Under the pieces are notes generated by a model, which saw only the letters and a program-made list of their open reading frames with translations, searched no databases and was not told where the DNA came from. Both the position numbers and the translations under genes were made by a program. From the NCBI GenBank assembly GCA_028282585.1, contig JANQHR010000052.1, positions 68,571 through 132,570 on the forward strand: a DNA stretch of 64,000 nt. The letters are read 5' to 3'. Source of the DNA: Bacteroidales bacterium (GTDB lineage: Bacteria; Bacteroidota; Bacteroidia; Bacteroidales; UBA12077). Positions 37,243-48,264 of this stretch are shown here, piece after piece (the stretch's first letter is position 1; every line of letters starts with the position of its first letter).

Positions 37243-39684
37243 ATGCACAACAAATTAAACATTTTAATATTACTAAATTTTTTATGTTTTCCAGTATTTA
37301 AAACGTATAGCCAGAATTTTCCGGATGAAATTAAAATCATTGGTAAAATTTATGGCCAGGTTGTAAATAAGAATAATGGCAATCCTGTAGAATTTGCATC
37401 GGTAGCACTTTATAGTTTAGCTGATACGAATACTGTCTTTGGAACTATTACAAATGTAAATGGTGATTATGCTATAAAAGAGATTCCATTAGGAATATAC
37501 AACCTGGAAATAAGCTTTATTGGTTTCAAAAAAACCAGAATTAACAATGTATTTATTAGACCCAAAGAAAACGAAATATTCTTTGGTAAGGTAGAACTTG
37601 AACCTGTATTTTTTAACCTTGATGAAGTAAGTATTACAGCAGAAAAAAGCCAATTTGAATATAAGGTCGATAAAAAAGTAATCAATATTGACCAGGACAT
37701 TATTGTAAAAGGCGGCTCCGTTGTTGAAGCACTTGAAAATATGCCTTCAATAAAAACAGATATGGAAGGCAATTTAACACTTCGTGGCAGTTCAAATTAT
37801 AAGGTACTTATTAACGGTCGCCCTTCTGTTTTGCAAGGGAGCGATGCTTTACAACAAATACCCGCAAACACGGTAAAAAGTGTTGAAATAATTACCAATC
37901 CTTCCGCGAAATTTAATCCCGAAGGAGAAGTAGGCATAATCAATGTAATTACAAAGAAATCATTATCCGAAGGTTTTTCCGGAATACTTAATGGTTCTTT
38001 AGGTTCGCTTGGCAAATATGGTTCCGAAGCAATCTTAGGTTACAGCATCAGGAAATTTGCAATTAATGGTAGTTTTAACATAAGTGAGAACCCTATAAAA
38101 GGAAATGCTTTAAGATACACTGAAACAGACACGGATGACAACTTCTTATCAAGAGATAGCGATGGAGGTATGAGTATTAGCAGGCAACTGCTCAATACCA
38201 GTTTAGGATTGAACTATACACCTAATGAACGTAATTATTTTAACGTTGAAACCAACCTGGGTAAACAAACATTTAAAAGAAACTCCTATTCAGAAATAAT
38301 AAGTAATACGGATAGCATTGCATATATTTTAGCAGATTCGGATGATAAAAAAATCACTCAGTTTATTTCCGCATCCTTTGATTATCAGCATCTATTTAAT
38401 CTAAGTGGGCATAAGCTGGATGCATCAATATTTTACTCCTCTTCAGCCATAGATCAAAAGAATTTATTGATTGAAGATTTTTCGGATATTAACTGGCAGT
38501 TCCAATCTAGTTCAATTCAACAATACTCTTTTCAAGATGGGGTTAACACAGAACTTCAATTAAATATTGACTATGTTAAACCCTTTGATAACAGCAATAA
38601 ATTGGAATTAGGCTACCAGGGGAATATAAATGGTAATTACCTTAACCAAAATTTCGAATTGTACGAGACTCATTCGGAAAATTATTTAAAAAATACCGGA
38701 GAAATTGAAATTACCAAATACACGCAAGCATTTTACAGCCTATACTCCGGTAAATTTCACAACTTCTCATATAAAATAGGATTAAGAACAGAAAGTAATC
38801 AAAAACAAATAATACAAAAAACTGAAGATAGTAGCTTTAGTTATGAAAATTTAGATTTATTCCCATCTTTCCATTTTAGTTATTCTCAAAACAGAAGAAA
38901 CCAGATGCAGTTGAGCTATAGCAGGAGGTTGAATACTCCAACCATAGCAAGGTTAAATCCATATACAGACTATATTGACAATAAAACCTATCGCCAAGGT
39001 AACCCCAATTTAGAACCTGAATTCATTAATTCATTTGAGGTAAATTATGCCAGAAGGTTCTTCATGTCATTTATATCTGCCGAATTATTTTATCGAGAAA
39101 CAGTTAATAAAATCACTCCTGTTTGGGCTCCTCAGGATGATGGCTCTTTATTAATAAGCTATGAAAATTTCGATAAAGATAATTCTATTGGATTGGAGTT
39201 TATGGCAAGTTTAAATTTAATAGAATGGTGGAGTATAATGTTAAGTACAAGCCTTTATCAATATAATATTCAGGGTGATGAATTGGGTTATGATATAAAT
39301 AACTCTTCTAACTCACTAAATGCACGCCTCAGCTCACGTTTTAAAATAAAAAAAACCAGCACTCAATTACAAATAAATGGCATTTATAATGGAGCTAAGG
39401 CAAGTGTTCAAGGTAGCAGAGACAGCTTTTTTATAACTGTTTTAGGTATAAATCAGAATATCATAAAAAATAAATTATCTGCAACCTTTCAAATCAGAGA
39501 TATCTTTAATACAATGAAATTTGATACGTATCATGAAAGTGAATACTATATAAATAGTTTAACGTTTACTCCATCAACTCCATTTGTTTCTTTCAGCTTG
39601 AGTTTCAAATTTAATAATTATAAAAAACCATCACGCCAATTAGGCAATATTAACGAATTTGATTTTGAAGAAACCATTTATTAA
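37243..39684 (+). CDS. TonB-dependent receptor-like outer membrane beta-barrel protein
   Basis: Carboxypeptidase-regulatory-like N-domain, plug (LRGS...INGRPS...EIITNPSAK), GNPNLEPE. ATG 37243 avoids overlap with the upstream gene. Confidence 0.87.
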   Translation: MHNKLNILILLNFLCFPVFKTYSQNFPDEIKIIGKIYGQVVNKNNGNPVEFASVALYSLADTNTVFGTITNVNGDYAIKEIPLGIYNLEISFIGFKKTRINNVFIRPKENEIFFGKVELEPVFFNLDEVSITAEKSQFEYKVDKKVINIDQDIIVKGGSVVEALENMPSIKTDMEGNLTLRGSSNYKVLINGRPSVLQGSDALQQIPANTVKSVEIITNPSAKFNPEGEVGIINVITKKSLSEGFSGILNGSLGSLGKYGSEAILGYSIRKFAINGSFNISENPIKGNALRYTETDTDDNFLSRDSDGGMSISRQLLNTSLGLNYTPNERNYFNVETNLGKQTFKRNSYSEIISNTDSIAYILADSDDKKITQFISASFDYQHLFNLSGHKLDASIFYSSSAIDQKNLLIEDFSDINWQFQSSSIQQYSFQDGVNTELQLNIDYVKPFDNSNKLELGYQGNINGNYLNQNFELYETHSENYLKNTGEIEITKYTQAFYSLYSGKFHNFSYKIGLRTESNQKQIIQKTEDSSFSYENLDLFPSFHFSYSQNRRNQMQLSYSRRLNTPTIARLNPYTDYIDNKTYRQGNPNLEPEFINSFEVNYARRFFMSFISAELFYRETVNKITPVWAPQDDGSLLISYENFDKDNSIGLEFMASLNLIEWWSIMLSTSLYQYNIQGDELGYDINNSSNSLNARLSSRFKIKKTSTQLQINGIYNGAKASVQGSRDSFFITVLGINQNIIKNKLSATFQIRDIFNTMKFDTYHESEYYINSLTFTPSTPFVSFSLSFKFNNYKKPSRQLGNINEFDFEETIY

Positions 39685-39702
39685 TAAAATAAGATTTTAA
39701 AT

Positions 39703-42618
39703 ATGAAAAGAATATTAGCTTTTTTAGTAATAGCTTTAAGTTATAAAGGGGTTGTGCAATCCCAGCAAAAATACAAGATTTATGGTGGTAATGAATGTAC
39801 TTTTGAGTATTTGGTTTATTCCCCGGAAGGTAATGTTGATAAGACAAAACCAAAAATTATTCAGTTGGGCGAACATAAAAAAGATATCTATGAATGCTTC
39901 GAAAATGATTCCTTACGCAAACTTACTGAATTTAAAGAGTATATTTTCTATTATATACCAAATACACGCCAAACAAACAGCGAAAGATTACAATGCTTAA
40001 AACTGGTGCGCAACCAGGCCACTTTTAGCACTAATTTAGCTGATAAAAAAGTTTTAGAACGTAACTTATTTTTATTTGTTAATGACCAATCAATATCAAA
40101 AGCTGATATTAAAGCAAGTAATCTTGAGCCTGAATTCTCTAACATTATTCTAGCCTCTGATATTAAGAAAAATACAGTTGACAATAGCATAAGTAATTTA
40201 GATTACAACGCCGTTTTACAGGCTTTTCGTAAAAAAGAAGAAGGAGAAAAAAACCAAGTCAATTATACGGGTCCACCTCAAAACTTTAATTTTACCTTAT
40301 CCGGAATCATTAAAGACTCCGAAACAGGGGAATCCTTACCATTTGCTACGATACAAGTTAACGGAACGTCCAATGGGACAACTACAAATATGGATGGTTA
40401 CTTTACGTTGCATAACGTCCCTACCGATACATCTACCTTGCTTACCAGTTATATAGGTTACAAAAGGGCTAAATTAAAACTGAATCCATCCAATTCTAAA
40501 TCTGGTTTAATAATTGAAATTGAACCAACATCACAAACATTAGAAGAAGTGGTTGTAACAGCAGAACGTGAAGATATTCTGCAGGTAGCTTCTGAAAATA
40601 TAAGTACGATAAAAATGACACCTAAAAAACTGGATCAACTACCAAACCTAGGTGAACAAGACATAATGAGATCATTTCAGTTAATGCCTGGTATTTCCGC
40701 AAGCAATGAATCATCATCAGGAATGTATGTCAGGGGAGGTACACCCGATCAGAATTTAATTGTATACGATGGATTTACTATTTATCATGTGGATCACCTT
40801 TATGGTTTTTACAGTGCTTTTAATTCCAACGCAATTAAAGATGTGCAACTTTATAAAGGAGGGTTTGAATCTCGTTTTGGAGGGCGCTTATCTAGTGTTA
40901 CCGAAATAACCGGTAAAGATGGTAATCAAAATAATTTTAATATAGGTGCAAGCTTAAGTCTACTCAATGTAAATGCTTATGCGGAAGTTCCAATTGGTGA
41001 AAAATTTACTTCTATCTTTGCATTCCGAAGGTCATATAAAGGACCCATTTATAATACAATTTTTGACCAGTTTAATGAAGATAATAATACAACTACATCC
41101 CAGCTAGAAGACCGTTTTGCAACAAGCGTAAGCTCTTATTTTTATGACCTTAATGGTAAATTTACTTTTAAACCTACCGATAAAGATATTATTTCTCTTA
41201 GCATTTTTAATGGTACTGATGACCTTGATAATGGTTATCAATTAAATACCCCCCAAAGATTACTGGATATGGGCATAGATTTTAACCTTGACATATCTGA
41301 CCTAACTAATTATGGAAATTTCGCAACAGGCATTAAATGGTCGAGAAGATGGACACCAAAGCTTTATGGAAACACCGTAATCAGCTATTCAAATTATTAT
41401 AGCGACCGAGAGGTAGGTCGCGACGGAACCGTTACTAACCAAGATGAATCGCAGGATATTACGGGTGGGTTTATTGAAGATAACAACTTAAAAGATTATA
41501 GTGTAAAATCGGATTACCAATGGGACCTATCGCAATTAGCCCAAATAAAATATGGTGTATTTGGAACCTCATATGATATTAAATATGACTATATTCAAAA
41601 CGACACAGTAACGGTTATTAATAAAAAAGATAAAGGTTTAATAGTAGGTGGTTATTTGCAAACGCATTTTAAACTATGGGATGATAAATTAAAATTAGTC
41701 CCGGGTCTTAGGCTTACGTCTTATGATGTAACAAATAAAATATATTGGGAACCTAGGATCTCTGCTAATTACTCCTTTTCCGAAAAATTAAAATTAAAGT
41801 TGGCGTGGGGTAAATATTATCAATTTGCGAACCGAATTACCCGCGAAGATATATCTTCAGGCAGCAAAGATTTTTGGGCATTATCAAACGGTGAAGATAT
41901 AGCTGTAAGTTCATCATTGCATTATGTTGCCGGTTTGTCTTATGAAACTTCGAAATACCTGTTTAGTTTAGAAGGCTATTACAAAGATTTAAATGGATTA
42001 TCAGAATATTCGCAACGTTTTGAGAGTAGTTTAGACGGTATCAATTATGAAGAAAACTTCTTTTCCGGCATCGGTTATTCAAAAGGCCTTGAGTTTCTTG
42101 TTCAAAAAAAGGCTGGCCGGCTGAATGGTTGGATAAGTTATACGTTAGGTGAAGCAAAAAACAAATTTAATATATATGGCGAAAAATACTTTTCTGCTAG
42201 CCAGGATGTAACACATGAAATTAAATGGGTTGGGATTTTTAATTATAAGCGGTGGGATTTTTCAGCTACCTGGGTATATGCAACAGGCAGGCCTTATACA
42301 GCACCGTCGGGGGCATATTCCATTACACTTCCGGATGGTAGTATGCAAAACTACTATACAGTAACAGCAAAGAATAGCCTTCGTTTACCTGAGTATCACA
42401 GGCTTGATATTGCGCTGAATTATAAATTGTATGGTAAATTTAAAGGAGAATCAAAAAAGCGGGAGATCGGCCACCTAGGTTTTTCAATTTTCAATCTCTA
42501 TGACCGCACAAATACCTGGTATAACCAGTATGAAATAATCGAAGGAGAAATAATTGAAACGAATATAAACTATCTTGGTATCATGCCAAATGTAACATTA
42601 TCATTAAAACTTAGATAA
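39703..42618 (+). CDS. TonB-dependent receptor with N-terminal extension
   Basis: GIIKDSETGESLPFA, VRGGTPDQNL, KGGF..RFGGRLSSV, RLPEYHRLD. Confidence 0.88.
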   Translation: MKRILAFLVIALSYKGVVQSQQKYKIYGGNECTFEYLVYSPEGNVDKTKPKIIQLGEHKKDIYECFENDSLRKLTEFKEYIFYYIPNTRQTNSERLQCLKLVRNQATFSTNLADKKVLERNLFLFVNDQSISKADIKASNLEPEFSNIILASDIKKNTVDNSISNLDYNAVLQAFRKKEEGEKNQVNYTGPPQNFNFTLSGIIKDSETGESLPFATIQVNGTSNGTTTNMDGYFTLHNVPTDTSTLLTSYIGYKRAKLKLNPSNSKSGLIIEIEPTSQTLEEVVVTAEREDILQVASENISTIKMTPKKLDQLPNLGEQDIMRSFQLMPGISASNESSSGMYVRGGTPDQNLIVYDGFTIYHVDHLYGFYSAFNSNAIKDVQLYKGGFESRFGGRLSSVTEITGKDGNQNNFNIGASLSLLNVNAYAEVPIGEKFTSIFAFRRSYKGPIYNTIFDQFNEDNNTTTSQLEDRFATSVSSYFYDLNGKFTFKPTDKDIISLSIFNGTDDLDNGYQLNTPQRLLDMGIDFNLDISDLTNYGNFATGIKWSRRWTPKLYGNTVISYSNYYSDREVGRDGTVTNQDESQDITGGFIEDNNLKDYSVKSDYQWDLSQLAQIKYGVFGTSYDIKYDYIQNDTVTVINKKDKGLIVGGYLQTHFKLWDDKLKLVPGLRLTSYDVTNKIYWEPRISANYSFSEKLKLKLAWGKYYQFANRITREDISSGSKDFWALSNGEDIAVSSSLHYVAGLSYETSKYLFSLEGYYKDLNGLSEYSQRFESSLDGINYEENFFSGIGYSKGLEFLVQKKAGRLNGWISYTLGEAKNKFNIYGEKYFSASQDVTHEIKWVGIFNYKRWDFSATWVYATGRPYTAPSGAYSITLPDGSMQNYYTVTAKNSLRLPEYHRLDIALNYKLYGKFKGESKKREIGHLGFSIFNLYDRTNTWYNQYEIIEGEIIETNINYLGIMPNVTLSLKLR

Positions 42619-42619
42619 A

Positions 42620-43417
42620 ATGAAGAACAAATTATATTATATTGCAATGGTTATTTTAATTGGATTTAAATTTTCGGCATGTACAACAGATGAAAATAAT
42701 CCAGTTTTTGAAGATATTCCGGTTGTGGAAGCGTATCTTAATGTAGGACAACCTTTTGAAGTAAAGGTATCAAGACAGATTCCATATTCTGAGAATGCAG
42801 TTTTTTCATCTGATGATCTAGATGCTTTAGAAGTGTCAATTTTTGATGGTACATTTTATTATAACTTAACTTCATCTGGCGGTGGTATTTACAAAGACAC
42901 GTTAAATATGGTTGAACAATCAGGCACGTATGAATTGGAGTTTCTTTATAACAATTCAACAATATATGCAAGTACTTCCATTCCGTCAAAACCCATAAAC
43001 TTTAATTCCTCGGTCACTGAAGCATTCATAAGTAATGATTTTTTCACGGAAAGCGATCCTGATGAAATAGAATTATCCTGGAATAATACGAATGGTTCAT
43101 ACCATGTCATATTTATAGAAAATATTGAATCAAACCCTGATGCTATATATGATTTTGATGGAAATACACGAGATAAACAGTTCAGCATACCTCCTACTCA
43201 AACTAATAATTATAGTTTAAGGGTAAGGCGTTTTTCCTATTATGGCAATCATAGAGTAATACTTTTTCATGTAAATCCAGATTATGCTGCTTTGTTCAAT
43301 TCCACTGAGACTACCTCACAAAACCTTACAAATCCTCCAACAGAAATAGAAAATGGCTACGGAATTTTTACAGGTTTAGATAGCGACACGTTATTCATTA
43401 ATGTTAAGCCTATGTAG
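42620..43417 (+). CDS. DUF4249 family lipoprotein
   Basis: FSAC lipobox, VVEAYL, C-terminal PTEIENGYGIFTG; follows a TonB receptor. Confidence 0.8.
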   Translation: MKNKLYYIAMVILIGFKFSACTTDENNPVFEDIPVVEAYLNVGQPFEVKVSRQIPYSENAVFSSDDLDALEVSIFDGTFYYNLTSSGGGIYKDTLNMVEQSGTYELEFLYNNSTIYASTSIPSKPINFNSSVTEAFISNDFFTESDPDEIELSWNNTNGSYHVIFIENIESNPDAIYDFDGNTRDKQFSIPPTQTNNYSLRVRRFSYYGNHRVILFHVNPDYAALFNSTETTSQNLTNPPTEIENGYGIFTGLDSDTLFINVKPM

Positions 43418-43860
43418 TTTAAATAGAATGTGCGTATAGTTATTAATACACGAGTACAAACATTTATTGTACTCGTTTTAAAGGATATAAGTATATTGAA
43501 AAGGCTTTTTGAGAATATTTCATTACATTGAAATTTAAATGGATACTGCATTATTAATTTTTCACTAATTGTTACATTATCGGATATTCGTTGCTTGCTT
43601 TTATTTAAATGAAAAAAACAACCATATGGTTTTATATTAAATTTTCAAAATCAATTATTCATGATTGTTCTGCTTTTCAACATTAACATAAAATATTAAT
43701 TTACTGTTCGTACAATTTCTTGATTTTACCTACAGCAAATTTATTTATTAGCTTACTATTTTCATTTTCTAGCAGTTAAGGCAGAAGTATTTTGATCTTT
43801 CATTGTCATATAAATAATGCTATCTTTAGGATTTTGTACAAGCAACATAAAATTAATATC

Positions 43861-45018
43861 ATGAAAAAATCCACTTTAATCTTAGTTTTCTTATTATCCA
43901 CTACTTTAATTTGGGGGCAAACAAAATATTATTATCCTGATAAAAATTCAAATTGGGAAGTTAAATCAGCTTCAGATTTCAATATAAATCAAAAATTGTT
44001 TAACGATGCAATTGAATTTGCAAAAAATAGTCCTAATAACGATACCAGGGATTTAAGACAAGCTATTCTCAAGGGTTTTGAACATGAACCATATCATAAG
44101 ATACTTGGCCCGACGAAAAAAAGAGGTGGTTCATCCGGAATTATTCTAAAAAATGGATATATCATTGCTCAATGGGGCGATGTAAACCGAGTTGATATGA
44201 CTTTTAGCGTTACAAAAAGTTATTTATCGACCGTTGCTGGATTAGCTTTAGACAGAAAGTTAATTGGCGATGTTAATGAACCGATTACAAACTACGTTTG
44301 GAACAGAAAATTTGAAAGTGAACATAATTCTAAAGTAACCTGGGATCATTTATTAAATCAATCATCTGATTGGAGTGGCGAACTTTGGGACTGCTACGAT
44401 TGGGCTGACAGACCTCCAAAGGAAGGTGGAATTGATGATTGGAAGTTAAGAGAGTTATATGAGCCTGGCACAAAATACGAATACAATGATGTTCGCGTAA
44501 ATATTTTAGCATACAGCCTGTTGGAAATATGGAGAAAACCTTTACCTGGAGTATTAAAGAAATATGTGATGGACCCGATTGGTGCTTCAACAACATGGAG
44601 ATGGTACGGATATGAAAACTCTTGGGTGAATATAGACGGTTTAAAAGTTCAATCTGTTAGTGGTGGCGGGCATTCTGGTGGTGGATTATTTATCAATACA
44701 TATGATCATGCACGTTTTGGACTATTGTTCTTAAGCAATGGTTCCTGGAATGGCAGTAAGATTATTTCAAAGGATTGGATAAAAAAGGCTATTACACCTT
44801 CAAAACCTAATGAAAACTATGGTTACATGTGGTGGTTAAATCCAAACGGAAATAATTCAAGAATGTTAAGCTTATCTAAAAATGCTTATTATGCAGCCGG
44901 ATTTGGCGGAAATTATATAATAATTGAACCAGATTATGACTTGGTTATTGTTCTAAGATGGTTTGATAACCAAAAAACCAATGAATTCTTAAAACTTCTT
45001 TTAGAGTCTATGAACTAA
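43861..45018 (+). CDS. Serine hydrolase (beta-lactamase class C / 6-aminohexanoate-dimer hydrolase-like), exported
   Basis: FSVTKS (SxxK), YEYND, YGYMWW, AAGFGGN; signal peptide from ATG 43861. Confidence 0.87.
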   Translation: MKKSTLILVFLLSTTLIWGQTKYYYPDKNSNWEVKSASDFNINQKLFNDAIEFAKNSPNNDTRDLRQAILKGFEHEPYHKILGPTKKRGGSSGIILKNGYIIAQWGDVNRVDMTFSVTKSYLSTVAGLALDRKLIGDVNEPITNYVWNRKFESEHNSKVTWDHLLNQSSDWSGELWDCYDWADRPPKEGGIDDWKLRELYEPGTKYEYNDVRVNILAYSLLEIWRKPLPGVLKKYVMDPIGASTTWRWYGYENSWVNIDGLKVQSVSGGGHSGGGLFINTYDHARFGLLFLSNGSWNGSKIISKDWIKKAITPSKPNENYGYMWWLNPNGNNSRMLSLSKNAYYAAGFGGNYIIIEPDYDLVIVLRWFDNQKTNEFLKLLLESMN

Positions 45019-46231
45019 TATATTTTCTAAAAATCAGGGTGGCATTATGTCCACCAAAAGCAAATGAATTGCTTAATGCAACATTAACGTTTTGTTTTCT
45101 TGCTTTGTTTGGTACGTAATCCAAATCCAGTTCCGGATCAGGCTCATCAAGGTTTATAGTTGGAGGTAATATACCATCTCTAATAGCTAAAATACTTATA
45201 ACACCTTCGATTACACCTGCCGCGCCAATAGTATGGCCAATCATAGATTTCGTCGAAGATACCGGAATTTGATGTGCTTTTTCGCCAAACACCTTTTTTA
45301 TGGCTTGAGTTTCGAACATATCATTTAGCATGGTAGAGGTTCCATGTGCATTGATATAGCCAACATCATCTTTATCTATTTCTGCTTTTTGTAAAGCTAA
45401 CTCCATTGTATCTGCCATACCTTCTCCGTCAGGTTTTGGGGCCATTATGTTATACGATTCATTGGTAAAAGTATAATCAACCATCTCAGCATAAATTTTT
45501 GCACCTCGAGCTTTAGCTGATTCTTCTGATTCTAAAATTAAAATTCCAGCACCCTCTCCTATTACAAAACCATCACGATTTTTAGAAAACGGACAACTCG
45601 CTTTTTCGGGTTTATCATTTTGCACCGACAGTGCATAAATCTCATTAAATCCTTCTATTTCTTCCCTGTTAATAATTGAATCAGCCCCACCAACGATCAT
45701 CATATCCACACGGCCGGCTTTTATGGCATCATAACCTAAACCAATCGCAAATGCCGAAGAAGAACAAGCCGAAGAAGTTGTGTAGTTAGGGCCTTCAATA
45801 TTATAACGCATACCAATCCAAGCTGACATGGCGTTGTTCATGCGTTTTATAATCATATTTTTTGAATTAGTCTCCTTTTCCGTACTAGAGTCACCTGTAT
45901 TTACAACACCCATTATAACTCCGATACGCTTTTTATTCATACTTTCAAAGTCGATTTTGTTTTTTTCAATGGCATCTATAGCACACACATATGACATTTG
46001 AGTTACACGAGTCATTTGCCTCGATATTCGCTTTTTGATCATTTCTTTAGATAAATCATCAAATTCAGCTGGAAGTTCAGCTGCAATTTGCGTTTGATTA
46101 TTAGAAGTATCAAACAAAGAAATTTTCTTAACTCCGCTTTTCCCAGCCTGAATATTTTTCCATGTCTCTTCCCAGCCCAGACCTAATGCTGTTAGCATAT
46201 TTATGCCGGTAATAACAACCTTGTTAGCCAT
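45008..46231 (-). CDS. fabF: Beta-ketoacyl-ACP synthase II (FabF-like)
   Basis: SACSSS, INAHGTST, TKSMIGHTIGAAG, NSFAFGGHN. Confidence 0.85.
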   Translation of the reverse strand: MANKVVITGINMLTALGLGWEETWKNIQAGKSGVKKISLFDTSNNQTQIAAELPAEFDDLSKEMIKKRISRQMTRVTQMSYVCAIDAIEKNKIDFESMNKKRIGVIMGVVNTGDSSTEKETNSKNMIIKRMNNAMSAWIGMRYNIEGPNYTTSSACSSSAFAIGLGYDAIKAGRVDMMIVGGADSIINREEIEGFNEIYALSVQNDKPEKASCPFSKNRDGFVIGEGAGILILESEESAKARGAKIYAEMVDYTFTNESYNIMAPKPDGEGMADTMELALQKAEIDKDDVGYINAHGTSTMLNDMFETQAIKKVFGEKAHQIPVSSTKSMIGHTIGAAGVIEGVISILAIRDGILPPTINLDEPDPELDLDYVPNKARKQNVNVALSNSFAFGGHNATLIFRKYISS

Positions 46232-46325
46232 TTAATGTTAAACGTTTATTGAAAAGGTGATTCAAAATTCAAAATTAACAAAATAAATAACAAGTTTTGT
46301 GCCGATAGTATTCAGTTTAACAGTT

Positions 46326-47321
46326 TTATAACATAATTCCACAGAACTCTTCTAAACCTTTCTTTAAACTAAACAGGTTAATCTGAAATTTCTCAGAATA
46401 AATTTGAAGGTATTGATTCGCAGTAATATTTAACTCTTTTAAAATATGCCTTTCTATTTCCGGACTTATATCACCAACTTCATCTTCTATTTCAACAAAT
46501 AGATGACTTCCTGTATCTTTTTTCCTTCCGTGAAGTTCATTTAGTATAGATTCATATTTCTTTTTATTTAAATCCATCCTTGAATAATTCAAAATTGCAT
46601 TATACATGGTATAATGTCCAACATGATCTATCATTTCAAATAATCCAAACTCAGTAATGATTTTTTTAGCAATCAGATCCATCTGAGTAAAATTTAACTC
46701 ATGTTTATTCATCAATTCAAGTGCTCTAATTTGAAGTTGTAATAAAAATCTGTTTAAAATAAATGCATTGTGTTCTTTCTGAACAATATAGAATCTTTTT
46801 ATTTCCTCAAGAAAGATTTTTGTTTTTTCAATAGTAATTTCATCCGTAAACTCCGACGAAATTACTTCTACCACATTTTTAAAAGTAATGGGATAAAAAA
46901 AATGAATACCCAAAATTCTATTTCTAGTTTTAATATCTGTAGATATTTCCGATGGTAAAATTGATGAAGAACTAGATGCAAGAATACATGATGACTTTAC
47001 TAGTTTTTCTATTTTCTGAAATAACTCAACTTTTACGTCAACATCCTCAATGATTGATTCAACTATTAAGTCGCAGTTAGCAAAATCTTTTAAATTATCG
47101 GTTATCTGATAATCGCTTTTTAAATCAAACATTTCATTGCTAATAATACCATGTTTTAATTGACGTTTAATCTTTTTATGAAATGTCCTTTTTAAAGTAT
47201 CCTGATGTTCTTTATTTCTAGTATACCATATCAAATGGAATTTAAAATCAGATAAATAATTAAACAAATCTGAACCCATCTTTCCACTACCTATAATTCC
47301 AATTGTTTTAATTTCATTCAT
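46326..47321 (-). CDS. 3-hydroxyacyl-CoA dehydrogenase family protein
   Basis: GIIGSGKMG, DLIVESIIED...K, ASSSSSI, GIHFFYP, FILNR. Confidence 0.85.
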   Translation of the reverse strand: MNEIKTIGIIGSGKMGSDLFNYLSDFKFHLIWYTRNKEHQDTLKRTFHKKIKRQLKHGIISNEMFDLKSDYQITDNLKDFANCDLIVESIIEDVDVKVELFQKIEKLVKSSCILASSSSSILPSEISTDIKTRNRILGIHFFYPITFKNVVEVISSEFTDEITIEKTKIFLEEIKRFYIVQKEHNAFILNRFLLQLQIRALELMNKHELNFTQMDLIAKKIITEFGLFEMIDHVGHYTMYNAILNYSRMDLNKKKYESILNELHGRKKDTGSHLFVEIEDEVGDISPEIERHILKELNITANQYLQIYSEKFQINLFSLKKGLEEFCGIML

Positions 47322-47426
47322 AACAGTTTAAAATAAAATGCAATAGTCAACCTTCATTATTCATAAATACCAGAAAATGTACCATTTATGAATACGTCAG
47401 GTTAAAGTTACTGCATCTTTTTTAAT

Positions 47427-47454
47427 AAAAAAAGAGCTGCTCTTTGAGCAACTC
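47427..47454 (-). terminator. Rho-independent terminator after the beta-barrel gene
   Basis: gagctgctc-ttt-gagcaactc stem preceded on + by an A run (U tail on the minus strand). Confidence 0.65.
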
Positions 47455-47502
47455 CTTTAACTTAGCACTTTATATACTTACTATTCTTATGAAAAGAATC
47501 TC

Positions 47503-48171
47503 TTAAAAGAATCCAAATTTTAAAGAAGCGTTGTATGATAAATCTGAAAGGTCCCCGTCGTCAATTCCTTCTAACATCGGATCATCGAAACTGGTTCCTG
47601 ACACATATCGATATGATACTCCGGCACTAAATCTAAAATATTTGAATAAATTTAACTCTAGATTAACTCCAGGTTCTGCAATAAATGCTGCAGACGTTTC
47701 AATATCATAAAAATTATCACCCAATAAATCTCCATCATCTTCGTAGAAAGTAAATCCACCTACTCCAATCAAAACAGGAACTGAAAAATGAACTTTCTTT
47801 TCACCAAAAATTGTATACTCCAATGCTAAACCACCGTAACCCATTCCTATTCTAATAGGTTGAACTGGTCCGGATGTTGGAATATAATCAAAACTACTTT
47901 TAGTTACTAGTCCATAACCTCCCAACCCTATTGTAAATTTATCGTTAAAAGTTGCTCCCATTCTACCGCCGATCAATAAACCTTCATCATCATAAATGTT
48001 GCTTACTTTTAATTCAGGTCCTATGAAACCTCCGGTAAACTTTAGATTATCTTCGTTGAAAATAGTATTTATATCACTTTCTCTTCTTTTTTTCTTTTCT
48101 TCTTCCTCTTCCTGTGCAAATGATACTTGTACTACTAATGCCAGTAATAATAATGTAATAATTTTTTTCAT
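47503..48171 (-). CDS. Outer-membrane beta-barrel protein
   Basis: Signal peptide (SFA-Q), alternating Gly/aromatic strands, C-terminal Phe. Confidence 0.75.
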   Translation of the reverse strand: MKKIITLLLLALVVQVSFAQEEEEEKKKRRESDINTIFNEDNLKFTGGFIGPELKVSNIYDDEGLLIGGRMGATFNDKFTIGLGGYGLVTKSSFDYIPTSGPVQPIRIGMGYGGLALEYTIFGEKKVHFSVPVLIGVGGFTFYEDDGDLLGDNFYDIETSAAFIAEPGVNLELNLFKYFRFSAGVSYRYVSGTSFDDPMLEGIDDGDLSDLSYNASLKFGFF

Positions 48172-48264
48172 AACCCTATCTATTAAATAATTAGTAATTG
48201 TTTGTTCATACTTTAATATACATTTTTAATTAAATATGGTTCAAATTACATAAACCATGCCAAA

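Noticed and set aside
43420-43860. Long AT-rich intergenic region as a possible ncRNA
   Set aside because: No convincing stem or known motif was found by eye.
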